The position numbers and the translations under genes were made by a program. Positions 1 through 14,875 of a stretch of DNA of 64,000 nt are shown here, in pieces. Position 1 is the stretch's first letter; the number at the start of each line of letters is the position of its first letter. Source of the stretch: the human T2T-CHM13v2.0 reference genome, Homo sapiens. The stretch lies in NCBI RefSeq assembly GCF_009914755.1, contig NC_060925.1. One strand, 5' to 3'. The notes beneath the pieces are model-generated. The model saw nothing but the letters and a program-made list of their open reading frames with translations. It was not told where the DNA came from and made no database searches.

Positions 1-70
1 GTTGAGTAACTTGTCCTAAGTCAAACAGCTAGTTAAAGAGAAACTAGCGTTCAAACCTGGGGCTCCATAG
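1..70 (+). mobile_element. MIR SINE fragment
   Basis: agtaacttgtcctaagtcaaacagctagt...ttcaaacctgg resembles the MIR core. Confidence 0.55.
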
Positions 71-167
71 CTAGGATTAAACTTCTTCCCATTATGTCGT
101 GCTGACATCTGAGTACTCTAGAAACTAGTGAAATACTCATGTCTTATAAATGCCATGTAGGGACAGT

Positions 168-977
<810 letters not shown>

Positions 978-1799
978 CCATGGATAGCAGGGAACAAGTA
1001 TGCTGAGGCTCAGAAGGCCCTTTAAGGGTAGGATAGAGGGATGTACTTTTTGTTGTTGTTGTTCTGTCCCTAAAACATTTTTTTTTAAAAAACCTAAAAA
1101 AGGAAGCACTGACTTCCTCCTCCCATGATCAAAAGGACCAAAGGGGGTCAAAAATAGAAGCCATTTGGTTGTGAGGAGGTAGAAATTGCTTTTCATCATA
1201 ATGGTAAGAGTTCAGGAATAATGCCTGAACTTGGTGTTATTTTATTATTCATTTGTCCCATTTGTCACATGTCCCAGCATTAGGTATGGGGAGGCGTGCA
1301 AAAAAGTAAAACTTGTTCTCTGTCTTTGAGGTACCGACAGTCTAGGGTTTGAGCTCTGAGTTCTACATTACGTTCCCAGGAGGCATGGCGGTGCGCATGC
1401 ATGCAGGTAGAGCATGGGGGTCATAGACAAGGCAGCAAGGAGTGCTTTGTTCACATGTACCTTTTGCCTGTAATGCCTTTCACACTTCTTTAATCTCTCG
1501 AAGTCCATTTCTACTCTCATTGCTTCCATGAAGCCTTTCCACACCTGTTGCAGCTACAGGTCATTTTCTTCTCTAAAATTCTCTCATACCCATTGGTACC
1601 TTTAATTTGTTATTCATTATCTCTTGTAAGATGTTCTATTTCATAATTTCAGTTATTGTCTGTTGCCATTTGAATAGTAATTTTTTTTCATGACGGTTCA
1701 GTTCAACTAATGTTTTAATAGGCTATAACGAGAGGAGAGGAGACAGAAAAAAATAAGACACCTCATATACCTTATGCCTTGTACCTGATATCTTCTGGA

Positions 1800-2450
1800 A
1801 GTACTCTAAAGAAAATGAGATAGTACAGTGAGGAAGAGTGGGAAGACTACTTGAGATTGTGGCGTTAGAGGCCTCTTTGAGGAGGTAATATTTAAGCTGA
1901 GCTCTGAATAAGGGTAGGAGTCAGGCGTGTGAAGATTTGGTAGCAGGCCGGGCACGGTGGTTCACACCTGTAATCCCAGCACTTTGAGAGGCCGAGGCAG
2001 AAGGATTGCTTGAGGCTAGGAGTTTGAGACCAGCCTGGGTAACAGAGTGAGACCCCGTCTCTATAGAAAATAAAAATAAAGTTAGCTGGACGTGGTGGTG
2101 CAGGCCTGTAGTCCCAGCTACTGGGAGGCTGAGGTGGATCACTTGTGCCCAGGAGGTGGAGGCTGCAGTGAGCTATGGTCACACCACCGCACTCTAGCCT
2201 GGGCGATACAGTGAGAAGTGTCTTAAACAAGAAGATTTGAGGCAGAGGAAGCAGTATGTGGAAAGAGCCTAATATAGGAGTGAACTCTCAGTAAGTGGAG
2301 AGGATGCGGGAGGAGGCTTGTATCTTGAGCACTGTAAGTGGGGAGGAGATGGTAGAAGCGGAGGCTGGAAAGGTAGGTATAGGGCCTTGAGGCATGGCCA
2401 GGAGTTTGGGCTTCATTGTAACTGGATGAGAATCCATGGAAGGTTTTCAG
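1800..2450 (+). mobile_element. L2 fragment (interrupted by Alu; resumes near 4820-4940)
   Basis: gaggaggtaatatttaagctgagctctgaa and gagtttgggcttcatt...ggaaggttttcag resemble L2 3' sequence. Confidence 0.55.
1945..2230 (+). mobile_element. AluJ
   Basis: ggccgggcacggtgg... dimer; flanking repeat gaagatttg. Confidence 0.9.
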
Positions 2451-2540
2451 GTTGTTACTTTTATTTTTTATACGTAACAGCTATACTGAATATAAAATTT
2501 GCATACAGTAAAATTTATTCTTTAAAAGTGTACAACTCAG

Positions 2541-2668
2541 GGCCGGGCGCAGTGGCACACACCTGTAATCCCAGCACTTTGGGAGGCTGAGGCGGGCAGA
2601 TCACAAGGTCAGGATATTGAGACCATCCCGGCTAACACGGTGAAACACCAACTCTACAAAAAAAAAAA
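2541..2668 (+). mobile_element. Left-arm-only AluY/Sc-like element with TSD
   Basis: Left monomer ending in polyA; flanks aaaagtgtacaactcag / aaaagtgtaaaaatcag. Confidence 0.85.
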
Positions 2669-3248
2669 GTGTAAAAATCAGAGGTTTTCCTATATTTTAC
2701 AGAGTTGTAAAACGATCACCACTATCTAATTTCAGAACATTTTCATTTCTCCAGAAAGAAACCCTATACCCATTAGCAGTCACTCCCCATTTCCCCCTTG
2801 CCCCAGCCCTAGGCAGTTACTACTCTAGTTCTGTTTGTATGGATTTGCCTATTCTGGATAGTTGTATGTTAATATATGTGACTTTTTGTGTCTGGCTGCT
2901 TAGCATGTTTTCAAGGTTTATCTATATTGTAGTGTGTATCAGTACTTTATTCATTTTTATTGCCAAATAATTTATTGAATGGGTATACCACATTTTGTTT
3001 ACCCATTCATTCCTTAATGGACACTTGGGCTGTTTCCTGCTATGGGACATTTGTATGTAAGTTTTTGTATGGATGTAAATGTTCATTTCTCTTGGGTATA
3101 TACCTAAGGATAGCAATACAGGTTCATTTGGTAACTCGACGTTTAATAGTTTGTGGAAGTGCCTGTTATCCAAAGCAGCTGCATCATTTTACCTTCCCAC
3201 TAGCAATGAATGAAGGTTCGTTTCTTCTCATCGTCAACTTTTACCTTC

Positions 3249-4393
3249 TGATAAAAGAAAAACTTCAGCCAAGTTTAATTGAGCAATGAATGATTCACGA
3301 ATCGGGCAGCCCTCAGAATCACAGCAAATTCACAGAGACTCCAGTACAGCCACATGGTGGAAGAAGATTTATAGACAAAAAAAGAGAAATGACTACAGAA
3401 ATCGGAAGTGAGATACAGAATGGCTGGATTGGTTACAGCTCGGCATTTGCCTTATTTGAACACAGTTTGAACACTCAGCAGTGTATGAGTGGTTGAAGTA
3501 TGGCCACTGGTATTGGCCAAGACTCAGCTATTGTTATAGTCACATACTCCTAAATTAGGTTTTTAGTCTTATCTACCTAAGCCAGGTTGCAGTTTGTCCA
3601 CAAGTGTAACCTCCCGATGGGCTCACCTTGCCTGCTGCCTAGACAGAGCGGATTTATCAAGACAGGAATTGCAATGGAGAAAGAGTAATCCACGTAGAGC
3701 TGGCTGTACGGGAGACTGGCGTTTTATTATTACTCAAATCAATCTCCTTGAGCATTCAAGGATCAGAGTTTTTAAAGATAATTTGGTGGGTGGGGCTTGG
3801 GAAGTGGGGAGTGCTGATTAGTCAGGTTGGAGATGGAATCATAGGGGGTGGAAGTGAGGTTTTCTTGCTGTCTTCTGTCCTTGGGTGGGATGGCAGAACT
3901 TGTTGAGCCAGATTATGGGTCTGGGTGGTGTCAGCTGATCCAGTGAGTGCAGGATCTGCAAAATATCTCAAGAACTGATCTTAGATTTTACAGAGTGATG
4001 TTATCCCCAGGAGCAATTTGGGGAGGTTTGGACTCTTGGAGCCAGAGGCTGCATGACCCCTAAACTGTAATTTCTAATCTTGTAGCTAATTTGTTAGTCC
4101 TGCAAAGGCAGACTGGTCCCCAGGCAAGAAGGGGTCTTTTCGGGAAAGGGCTGTTAATCAATTTTGTTTCAGAGTCAAACCCATGTACTGAATTCCCTCC
4201 CAAAGTTAGTTTGGCCTACACCCAGGAATGAACAAGGGCAGCTTCAAGGTTAGAAGCAAGATGGAGTCGGTTAGGTCTGATTTCTTTCACTGTCATAATT
4301 TCCTCAGTTATAATTTTGCAAAGGCGGTTTCACAAGGACTCAAATACTGAAGTATGGAGTCCTTCTCAGGTCATATTTAGTTTGCTTTAACCA
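3249..4393 (-). mobile_element. ERV1 (MER57-like) solo LTR, interrupted by LTR8
   Basis: Reverse strand starts ~ttaaagcaaactaaatatgacctgagaaggactcc. The two pieces (3249-3604 and 4334-4393) rejoin across the LTR8. Confidence 0.65.
3605..4333 (-). mobile_element. LTR8 solo LTR (ERV1)
   Basis: Reverse strand begins TGAAACCGCCTTTGCAAAATTATAACTGAGG and ends ...GGTTACA; 4-bp TSD caag/caag. Confidence 0.85.
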
Positions 4394-5377
4394 CCCCTCC
4401 CTCCCTACCTTTCTCTCTCTTTCAATTTTAGCTACCCTATTGAGTATAAAGTGGTGTTTCATTGTGGCTTTGATTTGTATTTCTCTGAGGACTAATAATG
4501 CTGAACTTCTTTTCATATGCTTACTGACCATTTGCATATATCTTCTTTGGAGAAATTCCATTCAAATCCTTTGCCCATTTTAAAATTGGCTCATTTGTCT
4601 TCTTGTTGAATTCTTTATATATTCTGGATACAAGTCACTTATCAGATATATGATTTACAAATATTTTCTCCTATCCTGTTTCACTTCCTTGATGGCTCCC
4701 TTGGAAGCACAAGTTTTTGATTTTGATGAAGTCCAGATGATCTATTTTTTCTTTTGTTGCTTATGCTTTTGGTGTCATAGCTAAAACACCATTGCCTAAT
4801 CCACAGTGTAGCCATTGTTTTTAAACATGGGACTGACATCTGACTCACATTTTGAATAGATCACTCAGGCTATTTGGAAACTGGGGTTGAAGGTTCTAGA
4901 GTGAAACTAGGGAGAACAGTTAAGAGGCTGTCAGTATTGACAGACAAATGGGTAGACTTTAAACTTATTAAGCACTTGTAAAATCAGTCTATTCCAAAAG
5001 CATTTTGTTAATCAGAGTAAGAAATGGTCTCTACCTTCAACAATTTACAAGATAAAAATATACTCAATTATTTTATAAAGCAAATTATATTGAGTGCTAT
5101 AAAAATAGGAATGAAAACACTTTTTTAAGAACAGTAGAGAGAAGAGTTACTTGTATGAACTTTTATTAAGTTCATTTAAAAAATCTCTAGTGTCTAACAT
5201 ACCTTGCTTAATAGTTGTTTGTTATACCTCTGGACAAAAGAGTTAGAGGGCTTTGGGAAAGATGGCATTAGAACCGAGCCTTGAAGGATGAGTAGCAGGT
5301 GGAAACATGTGAAAGCAGGGTATTTTTGATGTAGGTATCATGTCTATGAGTAGACAATTAAAATTAAGGGAACTTTG

Positions 5378-5556
5378 TGAGGTGAGATGACACACACCAC
5401 ACCTTTTGTCCCAGCTACTTGGGAGGCTGAGGCAGGAGGATCACTTGAGCTCAGGAGTTCAAGGCTGTAGTGCATGATGATCCTGCCTGTGAATAGCCAC
5501 TGCGTTCCAGTCTAGGCAACACAGGGAGATCCCATGTCTGGAAAAAAAAAAAAAAA
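5378..5556 (+). mobile_element. FAM (fossil Alu monomer, 7SL-derived)
   Basis: Contains the 7SL/FAM segment cctgtgaatagccactg, which is absent from dimeric Alu arms; polyA tail. Confidence 0.75.
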
Positions 5557-6289
5557 GGAACCTTCATTGAAATCTAGAGTTGGAGGAATTATATGTAGAG
5601 TTGGAGCTTACATGTAATTCCAGATTGAGTTCCTCAAACTCCTTTTGGTGGCTGTTACTCGTAGCAGAGTATGATGTGGATTGTAGTGGGGGAAAACTGG
5701 AGCACAGCCAAGATGGTGCCACAACAGTTTAGATGCGGTCTAGGGTAACAGTAATGGATAAAAGGGGAAGTGAGAGGAGTGGGGGTAGTGATGGCAGTGT
5801 CTGATAGGACTGTAGGAGAATGGTGGGCGGGGCAGAGCCAAGTGCTGCCCTTTGAAGGGGTGAACTTGAATGACTGTGCCAGGAAAGTAGTCCCATTTAA
5901 CACAAGGAGGGCAGTCCAGGCATGAAGAGGATAATGAGCTTAACATACCTGTGAGAAGTTTCAGGTGGAGGTATCTGGTGGCCTTCGGCACAGCAAGTGG
6001 TAGGCACAGGGAGTTGGCTATATGCTGTAGAGAAAATATAGGTGGGCTTTAGAGGCAGGCATAACTCTGCCTCCACCTTTTACTGGCTTTGTAAACTTTG
6101 GGGGAAGTTAATTAAACTTGATTCCTGAGGGTCAGATGGGGTCGTCTGTGTAAAATGCCTGGCAAGTAGGAGGCTTTTCTCTATTGTTTGTTCCCTTCTT
6201 TTCTGGAGTCCTAATGCTTTGATTTCATTTATAATCTTCCTTAGTGAATGTGGTGCTTTGAATGGAAGCACAATCCAGTGGGATTTAAG

Positions 6290-6290
<1 letters not shown>

Positions 6291-6334
<44 letters not shown>
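6291..6334. repeat. (TG)22 microsatellite
   Basis: Read directly. Confidence 0.97.
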
Positions 6335-6337
<3 letters not shown>

Positions 6338-6509
6338 ACCACCCAGCAGAGGCTACACTTGCTCACTGTTTGTAAACCCCCTATTAGTTGTGCTGTCCTT
6401 CTATTTTCCCTTGGACTTCTCTTGTGTTCAGTCTTGTCCAAACAAAAATATTTGCATTAAAGTTATGTGTGTTCCTCATTTGGAAGACTCCTTGAATCCA
6501 TAATTGCTT

Positions 6510-7125
<616 letters not shown>

Positions 7126-7649
7126 ATAGAAACAAATTATGTCATTGTTAAGAGGGGCAGTTTTCTAAGTTTTCCTGTAGGTCTAATCGGATGGATTTTT
7201 TTTCAGGATCTTTTAATATGCTGGGCTGCTGATATATCTGATTCAACTTCTGGTCTGCTTTGTTTTTTGAACTCAGCTGCTTCTATATTTTTTCTTCTGC
7301 ATAACTGGTAGAACAGCCAATGTAGTCTACAAGAGAGCTATAAAATATTGATTGCATATATGAGTACAGTTTCCCAGTTTTCTTAAATGGTAACTATAAA
7401 TACTGTCTCAGGACATAATTTAGTTTTTCCAAAAGGGAGATAGATTTTTTTTTTTTTACACTTGTATTACTTTAGTGGCTTAGTTTAAAAAAAAAAAAAG
7501 ATCAAGGATCTAGCTTGGAGCACAAAAAAAATGCAAGATCTCCTTTCCGTGGAGCTCAGTTCTGTTTTGGTTTTCTAGGGTTCTTAGAGACTAAACACTA
7601 TGCATAACAATGAATGTGTTAATTTTAATGATTTGTTCCATTTCTTAAT

Positions 7650-8100
7650 GTCTTAGAATTGGAAGGGATTTTTAGTCATTCTATCCAAGTGGCCATTCTG
7701 TGCTGGATCCATTCTATAGCAGCTGACAGCTAACTCGCCTTCTCTGGAAACAGGCTCTTTCATTGCTGGACAGGTCTAATTGTTGGAAGATTTTTTTTCC
7801 CCTTATACTGAGATGAAAGCCAGCCCCTTGAAACTGTCATCCATAAACTGTCATCCATTTGTCCAACTTCAGTCTTTTGTTGTCACATAAATTAAATCCG
7901 CTAGCTCTTCAGATAATTGAAAATAGTTGCTAGGCAGCACTTCTCTGACTTAAGTTGTCTTTTTTTCCCCAAGAAAAATAGCCCCAGTTCTCTCTACCAT
8001 TCTTCCCATATCATTTCTAATTCTTTTTCAGCCTTTCACCATGACCCTTTTAAACTGCAATGACCACCACTAACAACTGGTTAAGTGTGGTAGAACCACT
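7650..8100. mobile_element. L3/CR1 LINE fragment
   Basis: ttcattgctggacaggtctaattgttggaag...ccccagttc resembles the L3 3' consensus. Confidence 0.5.
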
Positions 8101-8127
8101 GTAGCTTTAGTAGGTTACTCTGCATAT

Positions 8128-8556
8128 TCTTTTTTTTTTTTTTTTTTTGAGACAGAGTTTTGCTCTTGTTGCCCAGGCTGGAGTGCAATGGTGCGACCTC
8201 AGCTTATTGCAACTCCGCCTCCCGGGTTCAAGCTATTCTCCTGCCTCAGCCTCCCAAGTAGCTGGGCTTGCAAGCATGTGTCACCATGCCCAGCTAATTT
8301 TGTATTTTTAGTAGAGACGAGGTTTCACCATGTTGGTAAGTCTGGTCTTGAACTCCTGACCTCAGGTGATTTACCCGCCTTGGCCTCCCAAAGTGCTGGG
8401 ATTACAGGTGTGAGCCACTGTGCCTGGCCCTGCATATTCTTTTTGTTTGTTTTTGTAAAGATGAGGGTCTCTGTTATGTTATCTAGGTGGGTCTTGAACT
8501 CCTGGCCTCAGGTGATCCTCCCCCGTCAGGCTCCCAAAGTACTGGGATTATAGGCA
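8128..8556 (-). mobile_element. AluS (8128-8430) adjacent to an older Alu monomer (8440-8556)
   Basis: Three copies of the flanking motif catattct. Confidence 0.85.
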
Positions 8557-8876
8557 TGAGCCACCACATCTGGCCTGCTCTCCATATTCTATTCTCTTTC
8601 TAAATAAACACATTATTTGGAAAGTATTTCTGAACATTGTCCTGCAGGGCACACTGTAGCTCAGCCTCATAAAAGCCTACCTACCATATTTGAGGGTGCA
8701 TACCAGGGCCGTTTCAGAACGTACCAGCTACTCCAGGTTACTCAAATCTGTAGTCCTGTCCTTTGAGTTGGGCCAGAGATTTTCTCCCTTGGCTTATGCT
8801 GAAGAATAAGATGGCTATCTAAAATTAATGGCAGGACAAAAATGCTGGTAGCATGGTGGAAATAACACTTAGCCTA

Positions 8877-9227
<351 letters not shown>

Positions 9228-9552
9228 TCATTCAGCGGTGAACAACTCATGACTGAATTTCCCCAAATTATCTTTATTTAGAGTTTATTTGGATTGTTTC
9301 CACATATCTGGATTTTTTAAATTCCAGAACTGTATTGATTTATGCCAAATGACTTAGTGATGCAAAGCTCAGAGAGGTAGTGTGGTTGTATTTAAGAGTG
9401 TAGGCTCTGGATTTCGATCCTGATTTGACCACCCTAGCTCTGTGACTTTGGGCAGAGTAGCCAATGTTTTGTGTTTACTCATTTGTAAATGAGAGTAATG
9501 ATAGAGCTAACACACAGGGTTTTCTAGTATTACACAGATTCATATATATTGA

Positions 9553-9920
9553 CAGCCTGGCCAGGGTGAGGGGAGTGAAGCTGAGGCACTGTCCCCCAGT
9601 GAAAAGTTTAAGGGGGCACCAAAAACACTCAGTAATCAAGATAAATAATAGTTTAATGTGATAAAATGAACAACATACCAAAATTTCAAATAAATTCCAG
9701 ATCTGGCCTGGTCAGGATGAGGGTGAAGTAAGACTAAGTCAGGCATATGTAGGGTCAGGTCCTATTGTTATTTGAACTTTCTGCAGTTTTTTTATCATGG
9801 ATTTTTTGGGCATGTTTAAAAGTATTGCATTAAAGTATTATTTTTTCTTGGTCATTAGTTGTTCGGTTTTGTGTGTGTGTGTGGCCCCTCACTCACTCCC
9901 TCACTCTAGGTGGTGTGAGG
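9553..9920. mobile_element. hAT-type MITE (MER96B-like)
   Basis: agggtgaggggagtg...aagggggcaccaaaaacactcagtaatcaagataaataa at one end, mirrored by tattattttttcttgg...cactccctcactct at the other. Confidence 0.55.
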
Positions 9921-10078
9921 CCAGTGTATTGGTATTTGTTATTAGTGATTACTCTAGGGTTAGTTTTGTAGAGGAAATGAATTTTAGTGCCTCATGGAAA
10001 GTCCCTCCCACCTCCAGGATATTTTCTGTTAGGTTGCGTCAGAGTCCCAATCCAAATCTCATAACTAAGATCAGTTTT

Positions 10079-10449
<371 letters not shown>

Positions 10450-10939
10450 TCAAACACTGCTGGAGCTCAGATCCCAGAAAATGAAAAATGTGTGCACTTA
10501 GCTTATGCGTAGAGGAGCCTAGCCAAACCAAACAGCACGTTTGAAACTTTGCTTTTCCTTTATGGCTGAGATTGTGAAAGACAGCCACAGATGGTGGCTG
10601 AGCTCTAGCTGGAACTGCTGTTAGTCGGCGCGAGATGTTCTAAGTGACGGGAGCCAGGAACTCACTGTGGTGTTTCTAGAAGTTAAATTATGATGATAGG
10701 ATCTTCCTGTAATACTGGTTCTGTTCCTTGCCTTTAGTTATATCTTGGAAATCTGTCACATGGTTAGTGACTAGTGAAAGGCCAAAAAAATTTGCAGAAT
10801 CAGCTATTTAAAGCTTTGTTCTTGATAGTTCAAGTGTTACGCAAGGCAAAGCAGCCCTCTGTTAAGGGTTTCAGGCTAGGTGTCTCCTTGTTAGGGTGTC
10901 ATTCCTGTTGTAATTATTGGTTTGTCTTGTCTTCTTCCT

Positions 10940-11590
10940 TTTTTTTTTTTTTTTTTTTTGAGACAAGGTCTTGCTTTGCCATCCAGGCTGGAGTGCAGTG
11001 GCACGATCATGGCTTACTGCTGCCTCCACCTGTCACTCAAGAGATCTTCCAACCTCAGCCTCCCGAGTAGCTCGGACTACAGGCACATGCCACCATGCTT
11101 GGCTAATTTTTTTTTTTTTTTTTTTGTGCAGATAGGGTCTCACTATATTTCCCAGGCTGGTCTGGAAGTTCTGGGCTCGAGCAATCTGCTTGCCTCAACC
11201 TCCCAAAGTGCTGGGATTACAGGCATAATTATAGGCCTTTTTTTTTTTTTTGGATATAGACTTATTCTGTGTTTCAGAAATAGTTGCTTTTTTTTTTTTT
11301 TTTTTTTTGAGACAGAGTCTCCCTCTGTTGCCTAGCCTGCAGTGAGTGCAGTGGCACAATCTCCGCACTGCAACCTCCACCTCCCTGGTCAAGCGATTCT
11401 CCTGCCTCAGCCTCCCTAGTAGCTGGGACTACAGGCGCCCGCCATCATGCCCGGCTAATTTTGTTTTTTCAGTAGAGACGGGGTTTCACTAAATTGGCCG
11501 GGCTGGTCTCAAACCCCTGACCTCCTGATCTGCCCACCTCGGCCTCCCAAAGTGATGGGATTACAGGTGTGAGCCACTGTGCCCAGCCAA
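10940..11590 (-). mobile_element. Two tandem antisense Alus (AluJ 10940-11225; AluS 11288-11590)
   Basis: Two polyT-led reverse-complement dimers. Confidence 0.9.
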
Positions 11591-11769
11591 TAGTTGCTCT
11601 TAAAAGGTCAGGTAAAACGAATGTTGTTGATCGTTTGCCTAAAATATATAGGGTTGAATAGACTGATAATCACCATAGCAGCTATCATTGGATTTTATTA
11701 GGTTTAAATTTATCTGAAGATTGTCATGTCTTTAAGTCGCAAAGAAGTGGAATCTAATTATATACTTAG

Positions 11770-12047
<278 letters not shown>

Positions 12048-12096
<49 letters not shown>
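12048..12096. repeat. (TA)24 microsatellite
   Basis: Read directly. Confidence 0.95.
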
Positions 12097-12099
<3 letters not shown>

Positions 12100-12759
12100 A
12101 ACTCATTACACTTCCCAAATATATATATATTTGGAATGAGTTTAAAACGTAAGCTTTACGTTTTTTAAAACGTAACTTTTGTTTGTTGACTGATGCCAGA
12201 CGTTGCTGCCTTGGTGAAGTAGCTCTACTGCACCAAGTTAAAAAAGTTAATCGTCTTTAAAGACTGTAGGTATCTTCTGGTTTAGTGTTAAATAAAAAGA
12301 AAAAAGGGAGGGGAGATTCTTGTCTCGAATATGTCACCTTCTTTGTACCAGTTTTTAGAGAGCAGCTGTGGCAGCTGCTGAATTATATATGCCTGCTTTG
12401 TTTTCCTCCTTTTATTTGGCGGTGGAGAAAGTGTGACAATTTTAAAGTGACTCTAAAATTAGTATATCTGGTGGAGCATTCAATTTCATGAATGTGCTGT
12501 TTGGAATAGCAGTATGGAATCAAATAAGATGCAGAGACTTGGGTATAGAATAAGCTTACGAATGGAAATCAGGGGCCTGATGCACTACAGGCGGTTTGAT
12601 TTATGACGGAAACATCCTCAGATATCCAGGAACTCATATATTGGAATAGAGACAACTGTGGGAATAGATTGTCCTACCCAGAAAGCAAAATCTGGCAGAG
12701 TTTGAGGTTTCTTATTGGGTAATTTTATCAGCTCGTTCTTAGATTAATTAGTAGAATAA

Positions 12760-13156
<397 letters not shown>

Positions 13157-13594
13157 AGCAAGAGATTTTTGAACCACAAGTCTTGGTCGTCAGTATTGAA
13201 TCATTATGGTGTGTGGCATGGTAGTGGCTGCACCATGTTGGAGTAAATGTGTTCTCATGGTGGGGGATATTAGTGACCCTGGGTAACAGTCCATGGCACT
13301 TGGCTTGCACCACAGAGTTAACATACAGCAGATCAGCTGTCCCTGTCCTCCAGCTTTATATACCGAATTAGAAAGACTTGGGCCCTCATCCTTTACTCAG
13401 TGGCTTCCCGGCACTCCACACCACATCTCTAATACTGGGTATTTTCTCTGGTCACCTCTTCCTCAGATTGCATACTTCCCTGTAATTTTTCACTTCTGCG
13501 TTTCAGTCTTTCCTTGGAAAGGCTGCCCTTTCTGTATGACTTCATCCCATGTTGGACCCGACCCTCCTTCTTTCCTTCTCCCAAAGCACTACTC

Positions 13595-13867
13595 ATACCT
13601 GTAATCCCAGCACTGTGGGAGGCCAAGGTGGGCAGATCGCTTGTGCTCAGGAGTTCGAGCCTGGGCGGCATGGTGGAACCTCATCTCTACAAAATACAAA
13701 AATAATTAGCCAGGCGTGGTAGCGCACGCCTGTAGCCACAGCTGCTTAGGAGACTGAGGTGGCAGGATCCCCTAAACCCGGGAAGCTGAGGATGCAGTGA
13801 GGCATAATTGTGCCACTGTACTCCAGTCTGGGTGACAAAGGGAGACCCTGTCTCAAAAAAAAAAAAA
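13595..13867 (+). mobile_element. AluJ, slightly 5'-truncated
   Basis: Dimer with polyA. Confidence 0.85.
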
Positions 13868-14719
13868 TAGACTACTTAGCTGAGGTGGTTGTATTAAGGT
13901 TTGGGGTGATGGGGATTAGAGTCTGGCACAAGGAAGTTGACATGGCATGTTAGACACCGGTGTCCTAAAAACCTATCAGCCATTCCCCACACACCCCTTC
14001 AGCCACTGCCTGCCCCTCCCCTGGCTTAGGTTCAGCTCACTGATTTCTTGCTCTTTTCCCTTCTGGAGAGTCTGCTCTTTTTCTGTTCCTCAGCTTTCAA
14101 TCCTCCAATACCAGAAGGATTTGGCTTTCTAATCCAGAATAGTTTCCCTCTTCACCCTCAACCCCCCAAATAAACCCTAGCCTTACCTTTATTGATCCAA
14201 AAACTCATTAGTTTTTCCTGAATGAAGGGCCCAGAGCAAAGCATAGGCAGATGTTTTGACACTCTAGTTGTTTTTTTTTTAACCTGATTAAATTTTTAGA
14301 TGAAGTTTATTTTCCCCCAAGTCTCTCTAAGAATACAAGGAACTCGTTTTCTTAATTCAGAGACTGAGTTTTCTTAATTTTCTTTCTTAAATTCAGAGAC
14401 CGAATTTCCCTTTGGCAAAGACAGATCCTCGAGTGTCAGGACTTATTATTATTTTTTTCTTGGCTACAATTTGCCTTCTTTTTTCTTTTAACATACCTCA
14501 TTTACTCACTTAATTTAAAAAATACTGTTGGGATCCTTTGCTCCCTGAGCCTTTGTTTAAGTCACTGAGCTCAACAAGACCTGCCCTTGAGGTGTTCTCA
14601 GTTCACAAGGGGAAAGGGGAAAGGGACAGATGGTTGAACAAAGAATTACGGTGTGAGAGAAATTGCTTGAGGAAGTGAGCAAAGGCTTTGGACACAGGGT
14701 CTAGGGAGCTACTTGCTGT

Positions 14720-14875
14720 AGGGCATGTGTTAAGAGTTCAGGCTTTGGAACCACATTGACTGGGAAGCCAGCCAGGCAAGTTACTCAAACACTTTCTATT
14801 TCTTCAACCACAAACCAAGAATAATAATGGTACTACTTCATACGGTTGTTGTAAGAATTAATTGAGATAATACGT
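14720..14875. mobile_element. MIR
   Basis: ggcaagttactcaaac...ggttgttgtaagaattaattgagataa. Confidence 0.65.

Larger units (their letters stand above)
2460..4805 (-). mobile_element. Old L1 (L1MB-like) 3' region, split by an Alu monomer and nested LTRs
   Basis: L1M-type motifs at 2460-3230 (acccattagcagtcactccc, gggtatatacctaag) continue at 4420-4805 (tttgatttgtatttctctga, ctttgcccatttt). Confidence 0.8.

Noticed and set aside
5378-5556. 7SL RNA gene
   Set aside because: Lacks the S domain, is diverged and has a polyA tail, so it is a FAM retroposon.
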